A DNA stretch of 64,000 nucleotides from an uncultured Gammaproteobacteria bacterium (GTDB lineage Bacteria > Pseudomonadota > Gammaproteobacteria > UBA9214): assembly GCA_963748215.1 (NCBI GenBank), contig CAVVHS010000006.1, positions 864,001 through 928,000 on the forward strand, in the 5' to 3' direction. Each line of letters opens with the position of its first letter. The stretch's first letter is position 1. The position numbers and the translations under genes are program-made. Positions 9,669 through 18,791 of the stretch are shown here, one piece after another. A model generated the notes under the pieces. The model saw only the letters and a list, made by a program, of their open reading frames with translations. It was not told the origin of the DNA and did not search any database.

Positions 9669-10461
9669 CCTGTGGGTGGCGAATTCCTGGTTGTCACCTG
9701 AAAACGTTCACCTAGACCGTGTGGGTGACTCAATCATAGTTATCATCTTACAAACGCTGACTTAGACTGGCGTTCAAACGCCAGATGTCAATTGATTCAG
9801 CACCTCTATAAAAAGGGAAACCTGATTCTATTGGACTTCGAACATCTATTGGACAGATAGCAGTTTCAAGGCTCAGCTACGTATTAACAAACCAAACACT
9901 TAATGACTGCTGGCCAGTCGATCACGTGGTTTTTAACCAGGTAGTCGGGTTAGCACTTAATCCTTTGTTTTCGTGAGAACTGGAAAAAGGAAGGATAAAG
10001 ACAGCAAGTAGAAAAGACCTGCAAAATCTTCGCTAACTTGCTGCTTTATAATATGGCGCGCCCGGAGAGATTACTCGGCCAAATTCTACTCGGGGCACTA
10101 CTGCCCCTCGCGCCCGTGCGGGGCCGCCGGCAAAGCCGGCGTTCTCGGCAATTGCTCCCTGCATTGCTCTACCTCGTGCATGGCCCAGGCCAGCCTCTCG
10201 ACCGGTTTCCGGTCTCACCTACTCCCTGCAGTCGTGCGCCGCTGCGCGGCTCGTCGAACTCGACCAATTAGAAACGTCGGGAGTTCGAATGCCTGGTTCG
10301 TAGTGTTATCCCTCAACCTCTCCAACCGTCTAATTTACTTAACAAATCAAGACTTTTCGCCTATATGGCGTTTAATGCGTTGATTTGCGGTTGGTTGGAC
10401 ACTGTTATTGGACAGCAAACCCTCCCCAAGACCATGTGATTATGAATTCGCCATGCACACC
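9669..10461. mobile_element. Family-A IS ends facing each other without a transposase, enclosing tRNA-Arg module B
   Basis: Left cctgtgggtggcgaattc..tcacctgaaaacg (as at 5303-5340); right gaattcgccatgcacac. Confidence 0.55.
10054..10303 (-). repeat. tRNA-Arg(ACG) 3'-half module B
   Basis: tggcgcgcccggagagatt-actc...gtcgggagttcgaat-gcctggttcgtag. Confidence 0.85.
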
Positions 10462-10588
10462 CAACAAACGAGAAATTCCGGACATCTGCGCCATTTTTGC
10501 CACTACCGCAGTAGAATCGGCCTAAGCTGGAAAGACTCCTAGAATACGGACCACGCTGTTACCGAACAGCATCGAATCTACGCAGGAT

Positions 10589-11296
10589 ATGGGAACAGAA
10601 AAGCTACCGACAAAATCCAGTCGTTCAGAGGTCGAGGCGTTTCTGCGCGAGGCGGCATCCACACCCGTTATAAAGTCGTCGACCCAGTTGGGACGGCTGA
10701 TGTTCGCGCTGGATGCCACCGCGAGTCGCGGGCCCACCTGGGACCATGCCTGCCATTTACAGGCCCAGATGTTTGCAGAGACAGCGAACCTTGGCGGCCT
10801 GGAGATCCAACTGTGCTATTACCGCGGATTCAACGAATTCAGGACTACCGGCTGGCTAACTAACACCGTCGATCTCCAGCACCGCATGGCGGCCGTACGA
10901 TGCCTCGGCGGACAGACGCAGATACACAAGGTGCTTCAACATGCGATCAAGGAGACCAGGCAAAAAAAGGTCGACGCGCTGGTATTTGTGGGTGACTGCA
11001 TGGAAGAAGACATTGACGAACTTTGCCAGATTGCGGGTGAACTGGGCATTCATAATGTCCCAGTATTCTTGTTTCACGAGGGCAGCGACCCCGTCGCCGA
11101 ACATGCTTTCAGACAGATCGCGAGACTGACAAAGGGAGTGTATTGCCCGTTTGACGCAGGTAGCGCCGAGCAGCTGCGTGACCTGCTGAGCGCGGTGGCC
11201 GTCTATGCGGCGGGCGGGCGCCGGGCGCTGGAACATTTCAGCAAGACGCGGGGCGAGAAGGTAAAGCTGCTTACCCGGCAGATTAGTCAGGGTTAG
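10589..11296 (+). CDS. VWA-domain protein
   Basis: MIDAS-like FALDATASR, LGGQTQI, VFVGDCMEE. Confidence 0.85.
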   Translation: MGTEKLPTKSSRSEVEAFLREAASTPVIKSSTQLGRLMFALDATASRGPTWDHACHLQAQMFAETANLGGLEIQLCYYRGFNEFRTTGWLTNTVDLQHRMAAVRCLGGQTQIHKVLQHAIKETRQKKVDALVFVGDCMEEDIDELCQIAGELGIHNVPVFLFHEGSDPVAEHAFRQIARLTKGVYCPFDAGSAEQLRDLLSAVAVYAAGGRRALEHFSKTRGEKVKLLTRQISQG

Positions 11297-11301
11297 TCAT
11301 A

Positions 11302-12033
11302 GTGCGCGCACTACTTCTCCTGGCGGCAATTGCCGGGCTCTATCTCGCGTTTCGCTGGTTCCTGACACAACCACGGAGAACCCAGCTTCAGGCGACTGCA
11401 GTGGCCGTCGGCCTCGCGCTGATAGGTTTGGCGGCAACCGGGCGCCTGAACTGGGTGTTCGCAATCTTCGGTGCCCTGCTGCCATTCGTGCGCCGTTTGC
11501 TGCCACTGGCGTCCTACCTGCCGACCTTTCAGCGGGTCTACAGACACTTCAAGAGCGCACGATCCACAGCAGGACAGTCTGCTGGCCAGCAGTCAAAAGT
11601 TGAAACCCGCTTTGTCAGCATGACCCTAGATCACGACACGGGTGAGATGAACGGTAGCGTTCTTGAAGGCCGGTTCGCCGGCAAGGATTTAAAGGCGCTT
11701 TCACTCGACCAACTGGTTGAACTGCTGGCCGAGTGCGTACACGAAGACGAAGAATCGGCAGCACTCTTGCGCGCTTATTTGGACCGGGTGCATGGTGACG
11801 AATGGCAAAAGCGGGAGCAGTCCGAAGCAGGTAATAAGGCCACGGGATTTTCAGCCGAAATGACACGTCACGAGGCCTATGAGATTCTGGGTCTCGATGT
11901 AGGGGCCAGCGAGGAACAGATCATAGAGGCGCACCGGAGACTCATGCAGAAAATCCATCCAGACCGCGGCGGTTCCACCTTCCTGGCATCCAAGATTAAT
12001 CAAGCCAAGCGCCTGCTGCTTGGCAATGGGTAA
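11302..12033 (+). CDS. Membrane-anchored C-terminal J-domain (DnaJ-like) protein
   Basis: N-terminal TMs, MTLDHDTGEMNG, EAYEILGL..AHRRLMQKIHPDRGGS. Confidence 0.88.
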   Translation: MRALLLLAAIAGLYLAFRWFLTQPRRTQLQATAVAVGLALIGLAATGRLNWVFAIFGALLPFVRRLLPLASYLPTFQRVYRHFKSARSTAGQSAGQQSKVETRFVSMTLDHDTGEMNGSVLEGRFAGKDLKALSLDQLVELLAECVHEDEESAALLRAYLDRVHGDEWQKREQSEAGNKATGFSAEMTRHEAYEILGLDVGASEEQIIEAHRRLMQKIHPDRGGSTFLASKINQAKRLLLGNG

Positions 12034-12145
12034 TCGCGGAACCGGAAGTGAATACGTCCCCGCAGGGTCAAAATACACATCCCACTCGCTCGGCTAGTGT
12101 AGGTCGTCAAACAGTTTGTAACTTATAAACACAGGGAATATAGCT

Positions 12146-12590
12146 GTTGCGTGACGTCCAAAATCGCTCCCGGCGATTTTGTCGAACTGTGGAGCCCGAC
12201 TCAGCCCTCGCACAAGCCAAACACAAAACCGGCCTGGAGGCCGGTTTTGTGTTTGGCTTGCCCGGAGAGATTACTCGGCCAAATTCTACTCGGGGCATTA
12301 CTGCCCCTCGCGCCCCTGCGGGGCCGCCGGCAAAGCCGGCGTTCTCGGCAATTGCTCCCTGCATTGCTCTACCTCCTGCATGGCCCAGGCCAGCCTCTCG
12401 ACCGGTTTCCGGTCTCACCTCCTCCCTGCAGTCGTGCGCCGCTGCGCGGCTCGTCGAACTCAACTGAATAGATACGTCGGGAGTTCGAATACCTGCCAGT
12501 ACTTCAAACACACAGAAGCCCGCGCAAGGCGGGCTTCTGTGTGTTTGGCGCGCCCGGAGAGATTCGAACTCCCGACCGCCTGGTTCGCAG
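12146..12590 (-). repeat. tRNA-Arg(ACG) module C: partial unit, expanded unit, hairpin and unexpanded 45-bp 3' half (12546-12590)
   Basis: tggcgcgcccggagagattcgaactcccgaccgcctggttcgcag; hairpins at 12219-12254 and 12506-12546. Confidence 0.88.
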
Positions 12591-12750
12591 CCCTAAATCA
12601 AGGGCTATATCATATTATACAGTCACTTGCGGCGTTTGCCCCTCTCATGCCGCAGTTGACTTATCAATCACTTACGGTTGAGCGTACTTTCAAGTTAGCA
12701 CAAATCTGGCACACTCCACGCAGCAGAATTCCGGTTATTCTCTCCAGAAA

Positions 12751-12798
12751 TTGTATAGACGTCCAATATACAATAATGTATATTGATCATCTATACAA
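12751..12798. promoter_or_regulatory. Operator-like palindrome of TA pair copy 1
   Basis: TTGTATAGA..CAATATACA..TGTATATTG..TCTATACAA nested inverted repeat. Confidence 0.65.
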
Positions 12799-12813
12799 CT
12801 GGAGACTATTCCG

Positions 12814-13092
12814 ATGACTGAAACACAGAACCGTGCAGCACCGATTAATATCCGCGCCCGCCCAACTCAGCGTAACCTGATCGACAAGGCCGCTGCGATG
12901 CTCAACAAGAATCGCTCGGACTTCATGCTGGAAGCGGCCTGCCGTGAGGCCGAGAACGTCTTGCTCGACCAGCGCCTTTTCCTGGTCGACGACAAGGCCT
13001 GGCAGGCATTCGAGACACTCATTGATGCGCCGGTCAAAGACAACCCCGCGCTGCGCAAACTGTTACATGACAAGGCCCCATGGGAGAAGTAA
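12814..13092 (+). CDS. DUF1778 RHH antitoxin (TacA/AtaR-like), copy 1
   Basis: INIRA..QRNLIDKAAA..NRSDFMLEAACREAENVLLDQRLF..KAPWE. Confidence 0.92.
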   Translation: MTETQNRAAPINIRARPTQRNLIDKAAAMLNKNRSDFMLEAACREAENVLLDQRLFLVDDKAWQAFETLIDAPVKDNPALRKLLHDKAPWEK

Positions 13093-13574
13093 CGGCGCCG
13101 GAGCCGATTACAGCGACTCACCTCATTGAGTCGTTCTCATGCGGTGTCCCGGTGCTGGATGACTGGCTTAAACGCCGCGCGCTCAAGAACGAAGTTTCCG
13201 GCGCATCCCGCACCTTCGTCATTTGCCAGGATTCGCAGGTCATCGGTTATTACACGCTGGCCACTGGCAGTATCGAACATCGCAATACACCAGGGAAAAT
13301 ACGCCGCAACATGCCGAATCCGATACCGGTGATGGTGATCGGAAGACTTGCCGTCGATCAGCGGTGGCAGCAGGCAGGCCTGGGTCGCGGCCTGCTGAAA
13401 GATGCCCTGTTGCGCACCCTGTCGGTTTCGAAACAGGCAGGCATCCGGGCATTACTGGTGCATACTCTCTCGGAAGATGCAAAGCACTTCTACACCCGTA
13501 GCGGGTTTATCGAATCTCCGCTTGATCCAATGACCTTGATTATTGCACTGCAGGATGCTGCACATTGCCTGTAG
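13080..13574 (+). CDS. GNAT acetyltransferase toxin (TacT/AtaT-like), copy 1
   Basis: FSCGVPVLDDWL, RRNMPNPIPVMVIGRLAVD, QQAGLGRGLLKDA. Confidence 0.92.
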   Translation: MGEVTAPEPITATHLIESFSCGVPVLDDWLKRRALKNEVSGASRTFVICQDSQVIGYYTLATGSIEHRNTPGKIRRNMPNPIPVMVIGRLAVDQRWQQAGLGRGLLKDALLRTLSVSKQAGIRALLVHTLSEDAKHFYTRSGFIESPLDPMTLIIALQDAAHCL

Positions 13575-13809
13575 CGGCGCGCACGGATAAGACCGTGGAA
13601 ACCGGTCGAACAATGTGGAACGCTATGCTGCGACAAGCTGTGATACGGGTAAAGCCCAACTATTTCGCATTACCCGAAGTCGAATGTGAACATTACCAGC
13701 TGCAGTTGAATGCAGATGATAAAGTCAATACTACAGAGGAGCAGGCCGCGGTACTGGACAGATTTGAGGATAGTCTGTATCTGTTATTGAATAGCATGCT
13801 TTTGCCCTT

Positions 13810-14193
13810 ATGGCATTGACCAAGGAACAATCTTTACGCGAGGCAATCACCCGCGAAGAAGCTCAACTCGCTGAGATTGCACACAGACAGGATGAGAGCC
13901 GAAAACGGTTGGCAGCACCTAAGGAAGAGCTTGCCACCGTGGAATCACCGCATGTAGCTCCTTTCGCCTCTGCAATACACCCTGGCGCCGACGTACCAAC
14001 CACCGCCGAAGGAAAAATCTCATTATTCCGTCAACTATTCCGCGGCCGGGATGATGTATTTCCATTGCTCTGGGTAAGTACAAAGACCGGTCGGAAAGGG
14101 TATTCACCAGCCTGCAGCAATGAATGGGTACGTGGCGTCTGCGAAAAACCCCGTGTGAAAGAGAGCATTTGTCTATTTAAACCGATATTTTAG
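13810..14193 (+). pseudogene. Truncated N-terminus of a TOTE-conflict primase / helicase-type protein
   Basis: KISLFRQLFRGRDDVFP..TGRKGYSPACSNEWVRGVCEKPRVK, then homology appears to stop. Confidence 0.65.
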
Positions 14194-14249
14194 AATCAGA
14201 GTTAAATCTGAATGTCTCCTTTGTACGAATATGCTCACTTTTAGAGATT

Positions 14250-14390
14250 AACTGCCAATGTCTTCGATTACATCGAAATGTTCTACAATCGTACCCGTCG
14301 GCACAGCCATCTTGGCGGGGTCAGTCCGGAGGCATTTGAAAGTGCCTCAAAATGAGGCTGGGAAGTGTCTACTGTATCGGGGGTAGTCCA
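14250..14390 (+). mobile_element. IS3-family 3' remnant
   Basis: [27 protein letters not shown] followed by IR-like gtgtctactgtatcgggggtagtcca. Confidence 0.75.
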
Positions 14391-14753
14391 TTACGCAATA
14401 AGACACTCGTAGGGGATCTTCAAACCTTCATGCAATTTCCGGATCATTGTTAGCGTCAAACTTCGCTTTTTACTCAGCACCTCAGACACACGCCCACTTG
14501 TTCCGATATACGGCTCCAGATCTTTGCGCGACAAGCTGTTCTGCTCCATCAAGAACTTGATCGCTTCTATTGGGTCCGAGGCAGGAATTGCATAGTGCTC
14601 ATCTTCATATTTCTCAACGATCAGCATCAAGACATCCAGCTCATCGCCTCTTGGTGTATTGGGTTTTGCACCCCACAGCTCATCGATACGCTTTAACGCA
14701 CGGTTCAGCTCACGGTCATTTTTAACAGGCTTCAGTTTCATAATAAACCTCAA
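14391..14753 (-). CDS. higA: HigA antitoxin (HTH)
   Basis: DELDVLMLIVEKYEDEH..DPIEAIKFLMEQ..SGRVSEVLSKKRSLTLTMIRKLH. Confidence 0.9.
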   Translation of the reverse strand: MRFIMKLKPVKNDRELNRALKRIDELWGAKPNTPRGDELDVLMLIVEKYEDEHYAIPASDPIEAIKFLMEQNSLSRKDLEPYIGTSGRVSEVLSKKRSLTLTMIRKLHEGLKIPYECLIA

Positions 14754-15061
14754 ATATGTTCAATATCCTCGATCTCGTCATATTCCTTATGGGTCCCCAC
14801 AAATCGAATAAGCATTCCATGCCGAACATAATCCATAAGCACAACAATTCTGTATTTGTTACCGCATAGGTTAAATACAACACGGTTGTTCTTTAAGATG
14901 CTCGCATTACGCAAGTCAGCCTTTAATTTGTGTGGCGTATTCCATTTTGCAGTTGCACAGTAGTTGTACCACTCCGTCATTTGCTTCTTTGCATCTCTGT
15001 ATTTCGGGCTACTCTCCCAAAATTTCCGCAGCATGGACTTTGCGATCACCCTCATCAACAT
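14750..15061 (-). CDS. higB: HigB toxin
   Basis: MRVIAKSMLRKFWE..NASILKNNRVVFNLCGNKYR..IRFVGTHKEYD. Confidence 0.9.
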   Translation of the reverse strand: MLMRVIAKSMLRKFWESSPKYRDAKKQMTEWYNYCATAKWNTPHKLKADLRNASILKNNRVVFNLCGNKYRIVVLMDYVRHGMLIRFVGTHKEYDEIEDIEHI

Positions 15062-15070
15062 ACCCTATCA

Positions 15071-15112
15071 TGCTCCCATCATGGGAGCAATCAGAAATAT
15101 CCCAATATGGGA
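15071..15112. promoter_or_regulatory. Two HigA-type operator palindromes
   Basis: TGCTCCCA-tca-TGGGAGCA and TCCCA-ata-TGGGA upstream of higB. Confidence 0.6.
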
Positions 15113-15433
15113 GGTTTTTACTTCAGACCGGTGACGTCATGCAACAATGGGAACAGGGAAACCACGACTGTATCAGTACCTGAAGCGGGTTTTCACCACA
15201 CTGCCAGCTGAATCTCCACCCAGACGTGCTAACTTCAGCAACTCATTTTCCGGATCACATTGACGCCGATTTTTTGGAACCCTGTCAGTCACTTGATCAC
15301 GGATGCCGTATACACAGGGAAGGTATGCAATGACAGCACCTGTCCAATTAAATGGATGTTTTTAGCTCTATTGGACAGTCACAAAAAAACCGGCCTAGCA
15401 GAACGCTATAATCAGTTGATTTAAATAGTAAAA

Positions 15434-15610
15434 TGGCGCGCCCGGAGAGATTACTCGGGGTTTTGCCCCTCGCCCCTGCGGGGCCGCCGGCAAAGCCGGC
15501 GTTCTGCGCTCCCTGCGGTCGCTGGTCGAACTCAACTGAATAGATACGTCGGGAGTTCGAACCTCTGATGTACCGATAAACCAAAAGACCCGCGCAAGGC
15601 GGGTCTTTTG
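15434..15610 (-). repeat. tRNA-Arg(ACG) module D, cut by an IS481 remnant
   Basis: Near-identical to unit 20160-20343, including the hairpin aaaagacccgcgcaaggcgggtctttt. Confidence 0.88.
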
Positions 15611-15732
15611 TGTAGTACCTGAGAGATAGCATACAGACTATACCGGAGACATGGTTTACACATAAGGGCATTGGGGGGGATCCCGGATGCCATGGAAAGA
15701 GTGTAAACCGATGGATGAACGCCTAAAGTTTG
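15611..15732 (+). mobile_element. IS481-family left-end remnant
   Basis: tgtagt..ccggagacatggtttaca end followed by MPWKECKPMDERLKFV. Confidence 0.7.
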
Positions 15733-15898
15733 TAGCCCCAATCAACGGGATATATTACTCTAACTTACAGTCACTTACGGCGCCTGCCCATCCAATGCCG
15801 CAGTTGACTTATCAATCAGTTACAGCTCACTGTGCATTCGAGTTAGCACAAATCTGGCACACTCCACGTAGTGTAATTCCGGTTATTCTCTCCAGAAA

Positions 15899-15946
15899 TT
15901 GTATAGACCATCGATATACAGTGATGTATATTGATTATCTATACAA
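15899..15946. promoter_or_regulatory. Operator-like palindrome of TA pair copy 2
   Basis: TTGTATAGA...TCTATACAA, homologous to 12751-12798. Confidence 0.65.
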
Positions 15947-15961
15947 CAGGAGACTACCCCA

Positions 15962-16240
15962 ATGGCTGAAACACAGAACCGCGCGGCACCGATTAATATC
16001 CGTGCCCGCGCGACGCAGCGCAACCTGATTGATAAGGCCGCTGCGATACTCAACAAGAATCGCTCGGACTTCATGCTGGAAGCGGCCTGCCGTGAGGCCG
16101 AGAACGTCTTGCTCGACCAGCGCCTCTTCCTGGTCGACGACAAGGCTCGGCAGGCATTCGAGGCACTCATCGACGCGCCGGTCAAAGACAACCCCGCGCT
16201 GCGCAAACTGTTACATGACAAGGCGCCATGGGAGAAGTAA
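15962..16240 (+). CDS. DUF1778 antitoxin, copy 2
   Basis: Near-identical to 12814-13092. Confidence 0.92.
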   Translation: MAETQNRAAPINIRARATQRNLIDKAAAILNKNRSDFMLEAACREAENVLLDQRLFLVDDKARQAFEALIDAPVKDNPALRKLLHDKAPWEK

Positions 16241-16722
16241 CGGCGCCGGAGCCAATTACCGAGACTCACCTCACTGAATCATTCTCGTGCGGCATCCCGG
16301 TGCTGGATGAATGGCTCAAACGCCGCGCACTCAAGAATGAAGTTTCCGGCGCATCCCGCACCTTCGTCATTTGCCAGGATTCGCAGGTCATCGGTTATTA
16401 CACGCTGGCCACTGGAAGTATCGAACATCGCAATGCTCCAGGAAAAATACACCGCAACATGCCGAATCCGATACCGGTGATGGTGCTCGGAAGACTCGCC
16501 GTCGATCAGCGGTGGCAGCAGGCAGGACTGGGGCGGGGTCTGCTGAAAGATGCCCTGTTACGCACCCTGTCGGTGTCGAAACAGGCAGGCATTCGGGCGT
16601 TACTGGTGCATACGCTCTCGGAAGATGCAAAGCGCTTCTACACCCGTAGCGGGTTTATCGAATCTCCACTTGACCCCATGACCTTGGTGATTGCGTTGCA
16701 GGATGCTGCACATTGCCTGTAG
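16228..16722 (+). CDS. GNAT toxin, copy 2
   Basis: Near-identical to 13080-13574. Confidence 0.92.
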   Translation: MGEVTAPEPITETHLTESFSCGIPVLDEWLKRRALKNEVSGASRTFVICQDSQVIGYYTLATGSIEHRNAPGKIHRNMPNPIPVMVLGRLAVDQRWQQAGLGRGLLKDALLRTLSVSKQAGIRALLVHTLSEDAKRFYTRSGFIESPLDPMTLVIALQDAAHCL

Positions 16723-16880
16723 CGGCGCACATGGATAAGACCGTGGAAACCTGTCGAATAATGTGGAACGCTATGCTGCGACAAGCTGTGATACGGGTAA
16801 AGCCCTACTATTTTGCATTACCTGTGCATGGCGAATTACGAGTTTGTACCATGAAAGAGGCGGGCCTTCTTGTTTATATC

Positions 16881-16989
16881 GCGCGCCCGGAGAGATTACT
16901 CGGCCAAATTCTTCTCGGGGCATTACTGCCCCTCGCACCCTGCGGGCCGCCGCCTTCGGTGGCTTGTCGAACTCAGCTGAATAGATACG
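16881..16989 (-). repeat. tRNA-Arg(ACG) module E (truncated)
   Basis: gcgcgcccggagagattactcggcc...tcgaactcagctgaatagatacg. Confidence 0.8.
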
Positions 16990-17038
16990 AGAATAAGGTG
17001 ACGGAGGCGTTTTATTCCTTCACGCATGAAAAGAAATA

Positions 17039-17088
17039 GTGTCAGAGCACATTTTCTCATTATATTCGCGGAAAATGTGCTCTGACAC
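17039..17088. repeat. 18-bp perfect inverted repeat (REP/STIR-like)
   Basis: gtgtcagagcacattttc ... gaaaatgtgctctgacac; related half copy at 17809. Confidence 0.8.
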
Positions 17089-17099
17089 CAATTAGCAGA

Positions 17100-17663
17100 T
17101 CAGAAATCGTAACGTCCGCTGATGTATGGCCCGTCCAGCTCCTGGTCGGAGGCAGCGCCTACCGCCAGGGACATCTGCGGCGCTGGATAGAAGCGTACAC
17201 CGGCCTTGATACCCAGCTCGTCGTCATCCCAGAAGTCGTTGGAGATGTACGAGATGTCACCTTCCAGGTGCAGGTTCTGCTGCAGCGCATAGCGGAGGCC
17301 GCCGCGCAGCAGCACGCCGGTGTCGTCATTGTTGCCGAACCCGAAGTCCGCATCGGCATTGATCAGCTGCACGCTGCCGACAAAATCCAACTGGTTGTTT
17401 AGCGGGGTGTGAAACTGCACACCGATGGTGAAGATGTCCAGATCGCCGTCTGCTAATGGACCGCGGTCGAAATCCATCGCGTAATAGGAACCGATAATGC
17501 CGAAGCCCTGGTTAAGATCGACGGCACCACCGATGAACAGGCCGTCGCCATCGCCCCGACCCTCGCCATAGCCGATTTCCACGTAGGTGTATCTGAAATC
17601 CCCGGCCATGGCCGGTGCGGTTGCCAGCAGTATCGCGCCGGCCAGAAGTGCCTTCTTGTTCAT
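17100..17663 (-). CDS. Outer-membrane beta-barrel protein
   Basis: Signal peptide, FRYTYVEIGY, alternating beta strands, C-terminal GRYDF. Confidence 0.85.
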   Translation of the reverse strand: MNKKALLAGAILLATAPAMAGDFRYTYVEIGYGEGRGDGDGLFIGGAVDLNQGFGIIGSYYAMDFDRGPLADGDLDIFTIGVQFHTPLNNQLDFVGSVQLINADADFGFGNNDDTGVLLRGGLRYALQQNLHLEGDISYISNDFWDDDELGIKAGVRFYPAPQMSLAVGAASDQELDGPYISGRYDF

Positions 17664-17775
17664 GTGCGTCCCTCTACGAATGGTCTGAAATGCGCGGTTT
17701 GATTAGTGTACCTTAAACCAGCAGCCGCGTCGTTTGCGAACAGGTGTGCAAAGAATAAACACTTTTATGCAAGAA

Positions 17776-17950
17776 TAAAGGGGACGGAGGAGTTATTTTC
17801 CAACTAATGGTGTCAGCACATTTTCTCCTTGATCGCGAAAAACCGACTCAAAGGGGACGGAGGATATAAAGTGGGGATTACTAAAGGGGACGGATGAGTT
17901 TTATTCATTCTGGGATTTCGCTTGAGAATATAACTCCTCCGTCCCCTATT
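17776..17950. repeat. Cluster of AAAGGGGACGGA repeats (three direct, one inverted)
   Basis: Copies at 17776, 17850, 17882 and inverted at 17927-17950; related copies at 16994, 19452, 19652 and inverted at 19771-19793. Confidence 0.8.
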
Positions 17951-18036
17951 ACTCAATCCGCAGTTCGAGTAAAAAACCGAACAAGCCAGCTGTCATTGCA
18001 AAATTCTGAACACAGGCGATTCAATAGAGATTTGTA

Positions 18037-18744
18037 ATGGACAAACAAGCCCCACAATTCAATCCGGTATTGTTGTGGTTACGTTTTGTCATTCGCATGA
18101 GTTTATTTGCTCTCGCCCTGATGTGGCCGGCAGGCACCTGGCACTGGCGGGAAGCCTGGGTGGTGGTAGGACTGTGGTCACTCTTTGGCCTGGTCATGCA
18201 ACATTATCTGATGCACAACGACCCCGCCTTGTTAGCAGAGCGATTAAAGCTGGTTCCGATACACAAGGATCAGAAGACTTGGGACAAGGCACTCATGGCT
18301 ATATTTTTTATAGCAGGGATTTCACTTTATATCGTTCCCGGTTTTGATGTCGTGCGTTATGGCTGGAGTGAGCCATTACCCTTGTGGTTGAAGATAGTGG
18401 CCTTCACCATACACATTCCCTGTTTTATCGGTTTGGGATGGGTGATGCGTGAAAATACGTATCTGGCACAGGTTGTAAAAATTGACGAACAACGAGGTCA
18501 TCAGGTGATTACGACAGGTCCTTATGCATTGGTACGGCATCCAATGTATGCCATCGTTATCATTTTACTGTTCGCAGTGCCCGTAGCACTTGGATCACGC
18601 TATGCCCTGATCCTCTCCGTATTTTTAACACTATTATTGATTATACGAACATATCTTGAAGATCGGACTTTGCATGATGAACTTGATGGGTATGCAGCGT
18701 ATGCCAAACAAACCCCTTACAGGCTGATTCCTGGAATATGGTAA
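18037..18744 (+). CDS. Isoprenylcysteine carboxyl methyltransferase (ICMT/PEMT) family membrane protein
   Basis: HQVITTGPYALVRHPMY, RTYLEDRTL..ELDGYAAY..YRLIPGIW. Confidence 0.9.
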   Translation: MDKQAPQFNPVLLWLRFVIRMSLFALALMWPAGTWHWREAWVVVGLWSLFGLVMQHYLMHNDPALLAERLKLVPIHKDQKTWDKALMAIFFIAGISLYIVPGFDVVRYGWSEPLPLWLKIVAFTIHIPCFIGLGWVMRENTYLAQVVKIDEQRGHQVITTGPYALVRHPMYAIVIILLFAVPVALGSRYALILSVFLTLLLIIRTYLEDRTLHDELDGYAAYAKQTPYRLIPGIW

Positions 18745-18746
18745 AC

Positions 18747-18773
18747 CAATCAATGGGGTCAGACTCGATTGAT
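18747..18773 (+). repeat. 27-bp direct repeat, copy 1
   Basis: caatcaatggggtcagactcgattgat. Confidence 0.85.
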
Positions 18774-18791
18774 TACAGAAGGCAGACTGCC

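Noticed and set aside
12546-12590. Functional tRNA-Arg genes at 12546 and 20344
   Set aside because: Only 3' halves are present; no 5' acceptor strand or D-arm in the same orientation
12107-12817. ORFs over the repeat modules (also 19767-20261 and 4227-4807)
   Set aside because: Translations of palindromic repeats with no protein-like features
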